Shown here: one piece after another, positions 42,179 through 55,233 of the stretch
How positions within the stretch are numbered: position 1 is the first letter of the stretch
Layout of the letters: every line of letters starts with the position of its first letter
From: Octopus vulgaris
Taxonomy: Eukaryota
Assembly (NCBI GenBank): GCA_951406725.2
Contig: OX597815.1
Coordinates: 100,130,001-100,194,000, forward strand
Reading direction: 5' to 3'
DNA length: 64,000 nt
Translations under genes and position numbers: made by a program
The notes under the pieces: model-generated
The model's database searches: none
Seen by the model: only the letters and a program-made list of their open reading frames with translations
What the model was told of the DNA's origin: nothing

Positions 42179-43077
42179 TTATTGCTTCTTCCTTATTCCT
42201 CTAGCATCACTACCAGTAGAGCCATCACTACAACTACTTTTGCTCCTCCTAATCCACGACTACCACCATAACCCACACGTGCTACCTCCTAACACCACCA
42301 CCACAACCATTTCCCTCGGCACTACCGCCACCATAACTACTATCGTTCCTCCTACTCTACAAACACCAACACCACAACCCGTATTAACCCCTTCTACGCA
42401 GCCACCAACACAGAAGCCACCAACACAGAAGCCACCGTAGCACCTCTTACACTACCGCAACCACAACCAGAACTACACCCCACCGTACACTATCACCACA
42501 ACTACCACAACCACTACCACATTTGCTCCTCCCCTACTCACCCTATCATAACTACGACTTAACCCCACCCTTAACTGAGTTAATGCGTTTCGCATTTTAA
42601 TACTACTATTAAAGTGATTATTAATTCCTAATACTAAACTGATTTCCAATATGATGACGTGTCAATGAAATATTGGCTGTCTCTAATGACAACAGTATCA
42701 TTACGTGATTGGTGTGTTTCGTAGTTTTCAAGTTGGGATGGTATCGGAGTGAGGGCGTCTGTATAGTTGTGAGTACGGGTATACGTCATATCATATTGAT
42801 TAGAACTGTGAGAGAGACAGAGACAGAGAGAGTGAATGAGAGTTAAAGAAAGAGAAAGAGAATTTGTGCTGGGTATGCGAGTACTGTCAGATATAGGGAG
42901 CATAGTGGGTGAGTCTAATTCATTCGTTCTGCGCATTTAAGTGAGTATGATATAACTTTAATAGGGGGAGTCTAGGAATAAGAAAGAAGGATTGGGGTGG
43001 GTTAGAATTGGAAAAGAAGGGAGTAAGCATAAGGAATATGTGTATATACGTGTGTGTAGACATACATACATACATAG

Positions 43078-43141
<64 letters not shown>

Positions 43142-44391
43142 CGTATATTAAAAAATATTTGTACACAACAGAGCTTGTATTTAAGAAAAATAAACTAAGA
43201 TAAATTTTAAGTTATTAAACTACAGCTGCTTTTAACTTTTTGTTGTAGAACATTAACCAAAGGCGAATAGATATTTTTACTCTCTTCGTACAAAGAAAAA
43301 CGATACATACATACATACATACATACATACATACATACATACATACATACATACATACATACATACATACATACATACATACATACATACATACATACAT
43401 ACATACGCACTCGTGCGTGTGCATCTGTGTCTGCGCGCGTGTGTGCGTGTGTCTGTCTGTATGTGTGTGTGCGTGTGAGAGGGTGTGTGCGTGTGAGAGG
43501 GGGGTGTATGGCTATTAGGACAAGCTGCACTTGAAAAAGGGAAGCACTCTCAATAGTGAAGTAGTCTCCACAGCGACATATCATTGAGGAAAAGGAGCGG
43601 CTTATTGTCTGGAGACGAGGTGACAGTGGTGGACACACGTTTCTGGTTCAATAGCCGTTATAAGCACAACATTGCCCGACTTAAATCGTGTAGCAATGAG
43701 ACTAATACTTATAAGAGTAGAGAATATCTATGGCCCACGTAATTTGCATAATTTAAGCAACAATGAGCTAAGGGGAATAAATCAGAGTGACCAGGGCAGT
43801 GTATTTGGATAACATGAGCAAATACAGGTATATCTAATTTCATACAACATAAATTCTTGATTTATTAAAATTACCTCCGCCATTAAACGAAGTATCATAA
43901 TTACCGAATGACAATTAAGAGCATTTCCACTTAGAAGGGGAGACAATCTCAATTTGGTTTGCTATTGAGAAAAAGGACAGGTGTATTGTTCGAAGGGTTG
44001 GACACTTGTTTCTGAATGTCATCAGTACAGCAATTTTCCGCTAGTAATCATTTCCAACTGAATAGATTGAGAGACGTAAAATGAAGAGCCTTGCTCAAAG
44101 ATACAATGTGCCGCCTGATTCAGAAATCAAACCCATACCTTATGATCGTGAGTCTCACAGCGTACCCACTCGGCCACACTTCTCCACAAGCAGACATACA
44201 TGCAAATTTGTATACATACGTACATACACACATACATACATTCATACAGGCATACATACATACATACATACATACATACATACATCCATACATACATACA
44301 TACATACATACATACATACATACATACATACATACATACATACATACATACATACATAGAAAAAGATATAGATATAGATTTATACACAGGA

Positions 44392-44608
44392 AGGTGAGGT
44401 ACTGAAAAGTTCCTGGCTTTGGGCAAAAGAAAATACAGGCGGATCAGTTAATTATGATTTTATCTGAGATATTCCCTTCTCAGATTCACACACTTATTGC
44501 AGAGGTCCTACAGTTTTTTAAGCCCTGTAGGAGAACTCGGAGGTTTAGGTCTCCAACCAGGCCTTCCGTGACACCCTTAAAGCCAGGAACGTTTCAGCAC
44601 CGCTTCTA
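44392..44608. mobile_element. Mariner-derived MITE
   Basis: TIRs gaggtactgaaaagttcctggcttt / aaagccaggaacgtttcagcaccgc; internal minus-strand CNKCV..RREY resembles the mariner C-terminus. Confidence 0.65.
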
Positions 44609-44628
44609 TATTTACACACACATATATA

Positions 44629-44672
<44 letters not shown>

Positions 44673-45107
44673 CAGGCTCATGCGTGATTGTGTGGTAAGA
44701 AGCTTGCTTTCCAGCCACATGTTTCCGAGTTCAGTCTCACTGCGTGACACCTTGAGCAATTGTCCTCTGCTATAGCCTCGGGCCGACAAAAACCTAGTGA
44801 CCGGATTTGGTAGAGGGGAAACTGAAAGACGCTCGTTGTACATATATATATATACACATACATACATACATACATATACGTATGTGTGTGTGTGCATGTG
44901 TCTTTGTATCTGTGTTTGTCCCCGACCACTGCTTGACAACCGGTGTTGGTGTGTTTACATCCCCGTGACTTAGCGGTTCGTCAAAAGAGCCGATAAAGTA
45001 AGTAGTTGGCTTAAAACAAGAATAAGTCCTGGGGAAGATTTGTTCGACTAAAAATTCCTTCATTTGACTGCATGGCAGCAGTCAGATGACTGAAACAAGT
45101 AAAGAAA
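44673..45107 (+). mobile_element. Family B SINE
   Basis: Homology to 38616-39016 along its length. Confidence 0.8.
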
Positions 45108-45110
45108 GAC

Positions 45111-45169
<59 letters not shown>

Positions 45170-46008
45170 AATGCATACAATGCGTACAATGGCGGTGCCC
45201 CAGTATGGCCACAGCTCGTGAGCTGAAACTAGATAAAATGATAAAATGATAAAATGACATGCATACATTCAGAAAAATAGAGAGAGTTTGAAAGATCGGC
45301 TGCTTTCTTCCATTTATCCACCGAATTAGATGAGGTTTACTCAACCCTACATATCATCTTGAGTCATCAGCTTCTCTTACACTTGTGTATCTTACAGGGA
45401 TGGGTTACTATCCCAACTTGCAGCCTTTGTTGCAATCTATATTTTTAGAAATCTTGCATTTAATTGCTACATTTTCAAGTATTGTTGTTATTGCCTTTTA
45501 TATTGTCACATAAAATTACTACCCTGCATAAAGTATTTTCCTATAAACTATCTGCCGTTTAATGGGATAAATTATTTAAATTGTTTTATTAATTGCTTAA
45601 TTATTCCAATAGCCTGTTAATTATATTTTCAAAATAATTTGCCTGAAAAATTTGATAAAGCCTGGAGCTTTATCGAATATTTTTTATTTAGGTGGGGCAA
45701 ATATTCATTGTTTCTAATGTCTGTGATGAGAAAATATTTATGGTTCAACTAAAAGAAACAGTTTATTTATTTTCAAAAGTTCTTGTTTGTTGTTGTTTTT
45801 TTCTCCTTTTTATTTGGTTGCCATAAAAAGATGCGCAGGCACGGCTCTGTGGTTAAAAGTTAGATTTTCCAATAAGTGATTTTCCGGGGTTCGATTTCAG
45901 TGCGCAGCACTTTCGGCAAGTGTTTATACCATAGTCTCCGGTTTGTCAATACATTGTAGGTGAAATGTGGTAGAAAGAAATTGTTTGGATATCTGTGTGT
46001 ATGCATCA

Positions 46009-46071
<63 letters not shown>

Positions 46072-46832
46072 GCATATATGCATGCATACACACACACGTA
46101 TATATACATACATACATACATACATACATACATACATACATACATACATACATACATACATACATACATACATACATACATACATACATACATACATACA
46201 TACATACATACATACATACATACATGCGTGTAAGCCGATTTATTAGTTTTAACAAAAAGTCTATACTTTCACTCTATATATTTAAAATATTAGTTTTTGA
46301 TGAACCCAAATAGTGTGAAAGCATTGTTGTTAAATTTTTTTCGGGGTTAAAGTTCTTCTATCGTTATTTGCATAACTTATTATTTAGTCTTCTCTGGATT
46401 TTGGCCACCTTGATCATTGAATCAACTTTATAACTCTATGAGTGTATACGTTTCTGCATGTGTGTGTGCGCATATACTATTCACCGATGCCTGTCGACGA
46501 AGGATGTAAACATCAGTGGGAAAACCGATGAATCTGTCTTCAAAACAAAATACCTTGTCATATGAGATTTGCTCGAGTTGTGCAGACCCTTCCTTACTAC
46601 TTTCAGTGTCATAAAAGTATTTGATCATTGATTGATTCGTTTGAAACATGTATCTAGCGATATCATTCATGAACTGCAATGTATAATAAACTTTTTAAAA
46701 TTTTAAATCATGTGTAAGTCGAATCATACTGGACTTCATAGGTCAAGTCTTTCTGGATGTGAATATACCTCATAAGTCCCACTTCACGCGTATTAGATTT
46801 TGTAGATGACTGAAAAAAGTCAATGATAACCA

Positions 46833-46899
<67 letters not shown>

Positions 46900-47152
46900 T
46901 CTATCTATCTATCTATCTATCTATCTGATATATACATATATATATATACACATATATAGTTGGAATTTACAAAAAACAAACAAGACGAAAGACGAAGACG
47001 GTTGTGTAAACAACAAACAGATGTATTAATTTAAGGCTCGTGAAGTGAGAAAGTCTTTTACGTTTCGAGCCTAGGCTCTTCAAAAGAATGGAGCACAGAA
47101 ATAAACAGAGAGAAAATAAAAAAGTTTTAGTGGCTAGCGATCAATCATGGCG

Positions 47153-47223
<71 letters not shown>

Positions 47224-47236
47224 CATATATATATAT

Positions 47237-47654
47237 AATAAAACATATGCATATATATACATATATGTACGTACCTACCTCTACATGTATATATACACGC
47301 ATATATATGAGTACAGGACACCAAAAAACGTCGAACACAATGAGAAACGAAAACATAGAGACAAACCCAAGGAACTGGACATTTTTCTTAAACAACAAAA
47401 AAATAGAGTACAGGACAAATAACACAAGGAAAAAAACCCTTCTTCAGTCGCTTTTTCCTTGTGTTATTTGTCCTGTAGTCTATTTTTTGTTGTTTAAGAA
47501 AAATGTCCAGTTCCTTGGGTTTGTGTCTATGTTTTCGTTTCTCATTGTGTTCGACGTTTTTTTTTTGGTGTCCTGTACTCATATATATGCGTGTATATAT
47601 ACATGTAGAGGTAGGTACGTACATATATGTATATATATATATGCATGTTTTATT
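47237..47654. mobile_element. Foldback copy of family P1 (~200-bp arms) in (TA)n
   Basis: Arms near-identical and homologous to 17200-17410; apex cccttcttcagtcgc. Confidence 0.88.
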
Positions 47655-47711
47655 TATTAATATATTATATGACGGAACGCACGCATCCCTTTCTAAGTAA
47701 GATTGTTTTCT

Positions 47712-47795
<84 letters not shown>

Positions 47796-48019
47796 ATATA
47801 TATTCTAGATACTTTAAATAAAAGCAAAAATTTCCAATGTTGTCCCGACGAACCAAAGGATTACAAATGTTATCACTTCAGAAAGGAAATGTTGCGATTC
47901 TTTTGTACTGAAAAATCGTGAGGAAATTGTAATGGTGGAGATAATGGTGAAGTAGCAGCTTGGAAAGAAAGACAGAAAAAATTAATCGTGAAACACGCAT
48001 AATTTCAGTGTTTGATAAT

Positions 48020-48495
48020 CTCGACTGTTTTTTCCAGATCTGAAATCAACTGTTATAAACGGGTTTAACTGTTTCACATGAGTTTTGTTTTTAACTGTTT
48101 TTGACCGGATAGTTTTCAGCGCCTCCATGTAGGTTGTATTAATTACATTAAACAGGTTAGCTTGTCATTGTTAGTTAAAAACGGAGTAGTGTTTGATTAT
48201 TTTAAACAGGTTAGTTCTTACTTCAAACAGCTTAGATTTTAACTGTTTCTAAGTAGATTCGTGTTAAGTGTATCACATTGCTTACATGTTGACTGTTTTA
48301 AACAGGCTGATTTTTTTTTATTGTTACATAGATTAAGTTTTAACTGCTTGAAAACTTTGCTTTAAACTGTTTCAAACGAGTTAGTTTTTAATTATTTGAA
48401 ACATTTCTTTTCTTTTTTTACTTCTTTTTGCAACTGTTTTTAAACACACTGGTTTTAACTGTTTCACATAGATCAATTTTAAACATGTTAGTTTT
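48020..48495 (+). repeat. Degenerate ~25-bp minisatellite
   Basis: Recurrent aaacaggttagttttaactgtttc-like units. Confidence 0.6.
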
Positions 48496-49864
48496 CAATA
48501 TATAATTTTGAACTTACACTGTAACAACTTCTGTTGTTTTATTTACTTGAAAATTTCAACTGGAGTCATTATTTTTACCCTGAGAGATTAGTATTCTATA
48601 TAACTTGCATTTATGTTTGTTTTGTATCTTTCCATTTTCTTTTTTACTTTTCCATTTTGAAATCAGCATTTTCCACTACCTTAATTAGTTATTATTATTT
48701 AAAAAAAAAAAAGACTTTTCCCAACAATAATAACACCTCGGTAATAATTCGATCTTTAGGCAACGATGGTCGAGAATGTAGCTAGGAAATACTTGAAAAT
48801 AAAATATAAATAGGTAAATAAAATGAATAAAGTAGTGTGCCTTGGAGGAGAATGTTAATACAAACTAGCAGAAAACTACATATAATTGCCGAAAATAGTC
48901 AAAAAGGAGAAGAAAATGTTTCTGAATTACATCATTTCAATTAATAGCAATTAGATTTGCCTATTGTTTTCGCAAATTGAACAAATTTCAATCTGATTCT
49001 TCACTCAAAGAAAACAACGGCAACAACAACTACTACTACTATTACCTCCACTACAATTTTAATAATACGAGAGAAGAAAAAAAAGAGAAAATAATTTAGC
49101 AAAAATACGGAAAGATTTTTGAAAAATTAAAGCTTTCGGTTACCCCCACCACTATTACCAGCACCACTACCGCTACCACCATCAGCAACAAATTTTAAGA
49201 GCTGTTTCTTCGATTTTATTTTGAATATTTTCATTTATTTAAATATTTATTTATTTCTTCTCTATGAACTTATCGGCAATAAATATTAATATATTGAGAG
49301 AAAAAATATATATTATTTTTAAATAAATAAGGCTTTTTATTTTTATTTCTGTTTTTCCTTTCTTTTTGCATTTTTATTTGAGTTCTGTTTGACTTGTTTA
49401 CTTGTTTATTTAGAATGGAAAATGCTTCATCTTCTCCATGACTAGAGAAACTAAGACTGGAAATAGCAAAAACAGTGTTAAAACGGCATAACAAACAGCA
49501 GAAATATCAATAGACACAGAAGATATGGTCATGGGTTTAAAAAGTTCGCTTTGCAAATACGTTGTTATCAGTTCAATCCTACTGTGTGACACTTTGAGCA
49601 GGTAAATGCTTTCTATCTTAGTCGCGAGTCAAATTGTCGTGAATGCAGTTGGTTTCATTTATATATGTATATATATGCTTTTTACATGTTTCAGTCATTA
49701 CATTGCGGCCATACTGGAGCACCACCTTGAAGAATTTTTAGTCGACTAAATCGATCTCAGTATTTGTTCTATTAGTTTTTTCTGCCAAATCGTTAAGTAA
49801 CGGGGACATAAACACACCAAAACTGGCTGTGGGTGACACACACGGACACAAAGACACACACACA

Positions 49865-49909
<45 letters not shown>

Positions 49910-50030
49910 CACACACAAACACACACACACACATACACACACATCAGTTGGCGCTAGGAACTCTGTGTTTCCATTATTTGCCGTGCAGTTCTATCATTGG
50001 TTGTCTACTTTGTAGTTCGAACTAGTTTTA

Positions 50031-50400
50031 CCATCTAACTCCTTGACCAATAGTTTCAGACTTGTTTTAGCAAATAAATTTTATTTATTTACTGCCGACA
50101 AGGTAGATTTGAAACATTAGAATGTATAAGCACGGTGCATATACTGGATTGTTTCGTGTATATATATTTAATCTAAGGTGTACCTGCTGAAGAAGGCTTC
50201 GCCTAGAAAATTGTTTTATTTGCTAAAAAAAAGTCTGAAACCATTGGTCCAGGAGTTAGATGGTGAATGTTTTTATTTTTCATTCCCTTCGAAATTTTAT
50301 CCTTAATAGTGGTTTGGAATTTAACTGTCCTCTCCAGCGTGCAGGTAGTCCTATGTTGGATACCTCTTATGTGTTTAAATGTACACTGTATTTATATACA
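50031..50400 (+). mobile_element. Hammerhead-bearing element family P2, copy 1, with 5' partial inverted repeat
   Basis: Near-identical to 54490-54800; 50031-50078 is an inverted copy of 50215-50263. Confidence 0.75.
50172..50260 (+). ncRNA. Type I hammerhead ribozyme, canonical core
   Basis: UCUAA gguguaCCUG-CUGAAGA-AGGCUU...AAGUCU-GAAA-CC AUU GG-UC^CAGG ag UUAGA. Confidence 0.82.
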
Positions 50401-50438
50401 CATATAGTATATATGTACGTATATGTGTGTATATATGC

Positions 50439-50504
<66 letters not shown>

Positions 50505-50667
50505 TATATCATTATTTGAGCGAACGCCACGCATCCATTTCCAAGTAAGCCACTCACAAGGCTTTGGTCAACCCGAGGCTATAGTAGAAGAGACTTGACC
50601 CAGGTGCCTCGTAATGAGTCTGAACCCAGAACCATGTGTTTCCCTAGCTTCTTCTTGCACAGCTACG

Positions 50668-50738
<71 letters not shown>

Positions 50739-50774
50739 ATATATATATATATATATACATACATACATACATAT

Positions 50775-51360
50775 ATTGTTATTCTTTTACTTGTTTAAGT
50801 CATTTTGATTGCAGCCATGCTGGAGCACCGCCTTAGTACTTATTCCATCGGTCTCTTTTGCCGAACGGCTAAGTTACGGGCACGTAAACACACTAATATC
50901 GGTTATCGAGCGATGGTGATCAGGACAAAGGCAAATACACAAATGCATATACATATATAGAGTTGAAATTTACTAGAAACTGAAAGGAGCCCGTCGCATA
51001 CACATATATATATACAGTTGCGGCCAAAATGTTCAGAACGGCATTGTTTTCGCCAGAAAAGTAGGTATGTTTTTATCAAAGTTGTTTTGTGTTCTATAAT
51101 TTTCACAGACAATAAATACGACATTAATTGTTATTGACTGAGATTTTGGTGTAATTTGAGAGGATAATACATGGGTTTTGCAGTAAATCCCTAAATCATC
51201 CCTAACTTTTGTATTATCCTCTCAAATTACACCAAAATGTCAGACACCACTCACAAAGCTTTTGTCGGTCCGAGGCTATAGTAGAACAGACTTGCTAACG
51301 GTTCCACGTAGTGGGGCTGAACCCGGAACCATGTGATTGGGAAGCAAGCTTCTTACCACA
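50775..51360 (-). mobile_element. Family B SINE interrupted by a DNA-transposon-like insert
   Basis: Tail at 50775-50935, head at 51247-51360; insert 51013-51246 begins TAcagttgcggccaaaatgttc (Tc1 TIR-like). Confidence 0.6.
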
Positions 51361-51405
<45 letters not shown>

Positions 51406-52724
51406 TAGCATATATATACATACATACATACATAGACAGACAGACAGACATGTATATATACATACATACACACATATATACATACATACATACATACATA
51501 CATACATGCATACATACATACATACATACATACATACATAAATCCATACATACATACATACATATGTACATACATACATACATACATACATACATACATA
51601 CATACATACATACATACATACATACATACATACATACATACACCCACATACATATCACATTTAATTTAAAATATTTATTTATCAACATCACGAACAGTAT
51701 AAATAATATAAATCATGTATTTCTAATAAAACATGTCGTCGACCGAGTTCCATAGTTTGGAGCGTAACACAGAAGGAAGGTAGATGCCATTGTATTGATA
51801 TATAGATTTGGTGATTATTATAGAAACACGCTGCCCAATTCTCTGGGAGCTGGTCAGAACTTTAGAAATAATGATTTCGCTTTTCGTTTGAGGATTCTTG
51901 TCTTTTATTATGATTAGTTTCGTTCCCGGTCGATGGTGTGACTGACGCCTTCGTCTACGTCGTCGCTGTTTATTGTTATAACTATTGTGGTCTTATAGTC
52001 GTCGTCGTTGTCGTCGTTGTCGTCATCATCATCGCAGATGTCCCTTGCCTCGAGAACAGACATGGCGACAAAGGAAAAAATTCTTCTTCTTCTTCATCTT
52101 CTTCTTCTTCACCCACCTCTTGTTTTCCATTCTTCTCCTTATTCTGACTACTACTACTACTACTACTACTACTAATACTACTACTACTACTAACTACTAC
52201 TACTAATACAGTTGCTAATACTGCTGCTGCTGCTGTTGCTGCTGCAGCTACTGCTGCTGCTGCTGTCGTCTGGCTTTGAAACGCCGTGCAGGTAATCAAG
52301 TGAAGACACAAACGGCATCTTATGATTAGGACATGTGTAGAGGGGAACAAGTGGAGGAGAGAAAGTTTAATTAACGTGAAGTAGAGGACATTGTCCAGAA
52401 ACGGACATAAGGAGGGAGAGAAAGGGGGAGAAAGAGAAAGAGAGAGAGAGAGAGAGAGATGAAGGCGACGGGGATAGACAACAGCCTGGCAGAATTACCT
52501 TGAAGGTAGAAATATTTGTGAAGATGGTGATATCCGATAATAAGCAAAAACGTGGATAAGATAGAGATATCTTCATTCATACGAGATCAGGAAGGCAAAT
52601 CAATTAACTATGGAGCAAAGAAGTCAGTAGTAGGGTCGCTTGACCTGCTAGAAATACTGGCGAAAATCTCTTTCAACTCACAGACTGCTGTCTTGGAAGA
52701 GATAAGGATATAATAAATAATATT

Positions 52725-52923
52725 TTCTACTAAAGGCACAAGGGGAGGGGAGTAGTCGATTGCATCGACCCCAGTGATTTACTGGTACTTAATTTATCAA
52801 CCTCGAAAGGATGAAAGACAAAGTCGACCTCGGCGGAATTTGAACTCAGAACGTAGCGGCAGACGAAATACCGCTAAGCATTTCGCCCGGCGTGTTAAAG
52901 ATTCTGCCAGCTCGCCGCCTTAA
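52725..52923 (-). mobile_element. Family A SINE
   Basis: Reverse complement of the 41781 copy. Confidence 0.85.
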
Positions 52924-53065
52924 GGATATAATATGTGATATGAAACGTCTTTGGTTATATATCCTCTAGTGGTGATTATTGTAGTGGTTATGGTGATGGA
53001 TATGGTAGTCCTGTGTGTGGTTGTAGTTGTGTTGGTGGTAGTAGTGATGTAGACATAGAAGGAGT

Positions 53066-53316
53066 AAAGTAAAGTTCCTTCCTGAGTCATGTAAACTCAT
53101 AGGTCCGGCTTCCCGGTTTCCACGGCATATATATTCCTCACTTGGACGGGAAGCCGGTCCGTCGCAGGATTACTAATTTTTGCCGGCCGAGTGGACTGGA
53201 GCAACGTGAAATGAAGTGTTTGGCTCAAGAACACAACGCGTCGTCCGGTCCAGGAATCGAAACGACAATCTTACGATCATGAGACGAACACCCTGACCAC
53301 CAATCTACGTGCCTCC
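53066..53316 (-). mobile_element. Family C tRNA-SINE with CORE-like and V-like domains
   Basis: Minus: tRNA head, gtgttcttgagccaaacactt (CORE-like), cctgcgacggaccggcttcccgtcca (V-domain-like), (CTTTA) tail. Confidence 0.7.
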
Positions 53317-54398
53317 AGTTGTAGTAATAATGCAGTGGCGGTGGGGTTAGTGGTGACTGGTAGAAATGGTGATCGTGGTGACTTTTGTGACGATGATGGT
53401 GGTGTCGGTGATGGTGTTGATGGTATTGGTGGTGATGGTAGTGGTGTTGGTGGTGGTGGTGGTGGTGGTGGTGGTGGTGGTGGTGTTGGTAGAGATAGCA
53501 GTGATGATGAAGATAATAGCGGTGGCCGTGTAGTATAGTCCATGGTGATTGTTGTTATCATGGTGGTGGTGGTCCTTGTAAGACAGTGATTCCCAGAGTG
53601 GGTGGTATTTTCCCCCCTGGGGGCGGTGGAAAGTTCCAAGGGAGAATTGAAGAAAAGTTGGGAGATTATGGGGTAGCGATTCATGTAAAATGTGGGGCGA
53701 TAATGGGGTAGTGATTCATGTAAAAACAACAGAATAATGGGTTCGTTGGGTTAAGTTTTATTTGTGAAATACAGTTTCTTCGAATTTGCTTCAGAAAGAG
53801 GTCTATGTTTGTGATGGTTACTTGGGGTGGGGGCGCTAGGAATGTGGTTTGGGTGACAAGGGCACCGCCGCCCGAAAAATTTGGGGAACCACTGGTGTAA
53901 GGGATTACTACCCTAAAACAAGAGTTTTAAGGTGAGTGACGGATTAAGTATGGTCTATTGAAAGATTATCTTAGAACAAGAGGGGGTGTTGGCTGTAGTT
54001 AGCGTAATCGTCTGTAGCATATTACAGGTACTTAGTTTATCGAACCTAAAACAGTGATAGAATCGACCAGTGGTTTGGCTTGGGTTTATGCCGTGCCGGG
54101 GCACTTCTTGAAATTTCCGTTCCTGCTCCCACCCCTATACAGGGTTACACAGCAGATCCAAAAGTGCCATCCTCATAAATGTGCCGCACAAGCGGGCCAC
54201 CTCCAGTGCACCACACCTTAGCTACTTTACTGGAGTCGACCTTGGGGCAAGTTCAATTCAGATTACACACACGCACACACACACACATACGCACATACAT
54301 ATACATGCACACATACATATACATACACATGTATGTATACTGAAACGTTACTTTTAGTTGAGGGATGAATCTGGTAATCTAATCAAAGTAAGAATTTT

Positions 54399-54902
54399 AC
54401 TGGAAATTTCTAATATTTCAGATTACCCTTTGATATTACTAATTATTGGTGATTTTTTCTTGGGTAATTTTCCAAATGAAAAAGCCGGCATATTTATTTA
54501 CTGCCGACAAGGAGCTGTGCTTGCGCGGTAGATTTGAAACATTAGAATGTATAAGCACGGTGTATATACTGGATTGCCTCGTGTATATATATTTAATCTA
54601 AGGTGTACCTGTTGAAGAAGGCTTCGCCTAGAAAATTATTTTATTTGCTAAAAAAAAGTCTGAAACCATTGGTCCAGGAGTTAGATGGTGAATGTTTTTA
54701 TTTTTCATTCCCTTCGAAATTTTATCCTTATTAGTGGTTTAGAATTTAACTGTCCTCTCCAGCATGATGGATACCTCTTATGTGTTTAAATGTACACTAT
54801 ATGTATATGAATAATATATAGTCTATTGTCTAATTTTTTACACGCTAGGCCACTGGTAATGGAAATTTCTAATATTTCAGATTATCCTTTGATATTATTA
54901 AT
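54399..54902 (+). mobile_element. Family P2 copy 2, bounded by ~45-bp direct repeats; HHR core C3U
   Basis: tggaaatttctaatatttcagatta.cctttgatatta.taat at both ends; HHR 54597-54685 has UUGAAGA. Confidence 0.7.
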
Positions 54903-55031
54903 ACATATGTATGTATATAGGTATGCATATATGGCTATAGGACGTAAACAACATGAAATACGAAAATAACGTTGGGTACGCAATGAACGAGAGAAACAAA
55001 TAGAAAACAAGACAAGTGACATAAAAAACTA

Positions 55032-55093
55032 CCCTCCATCAGTTGTCGGCTGTTCTTCTACTCCTTATTTCGAGCAATGAGCGACAAGATAAG
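55032..55093 (-). ncRNA. Permuted hammerhead, copy 3 (A9G or extra G in core)
   Basis: CUUA-U-C^UUGUCG cucauu GCUC-GAAA-UAAG gaguagaagaacagc CGACAA-CUGAUGG-A-GGG. Confidence 0.65.
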
Positions 55094-55095
55094 AC

Positions 55096-55233
<138 letters not shown>

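Noticed and set aside
45325-45375. Minus-strand CUGAUGA-CUCAA...UUGAG-UAAA
   Set aside because: Stem II is good but G12 is missing and stems I/III are unsupported; at most a relic
51900-53560. Low-complexity Ala/Ser/Pro/Gly-rich ORFs
   Set aside because: Trinucleotide repeat mosaics (GCT, ACT, GGT) without a domain
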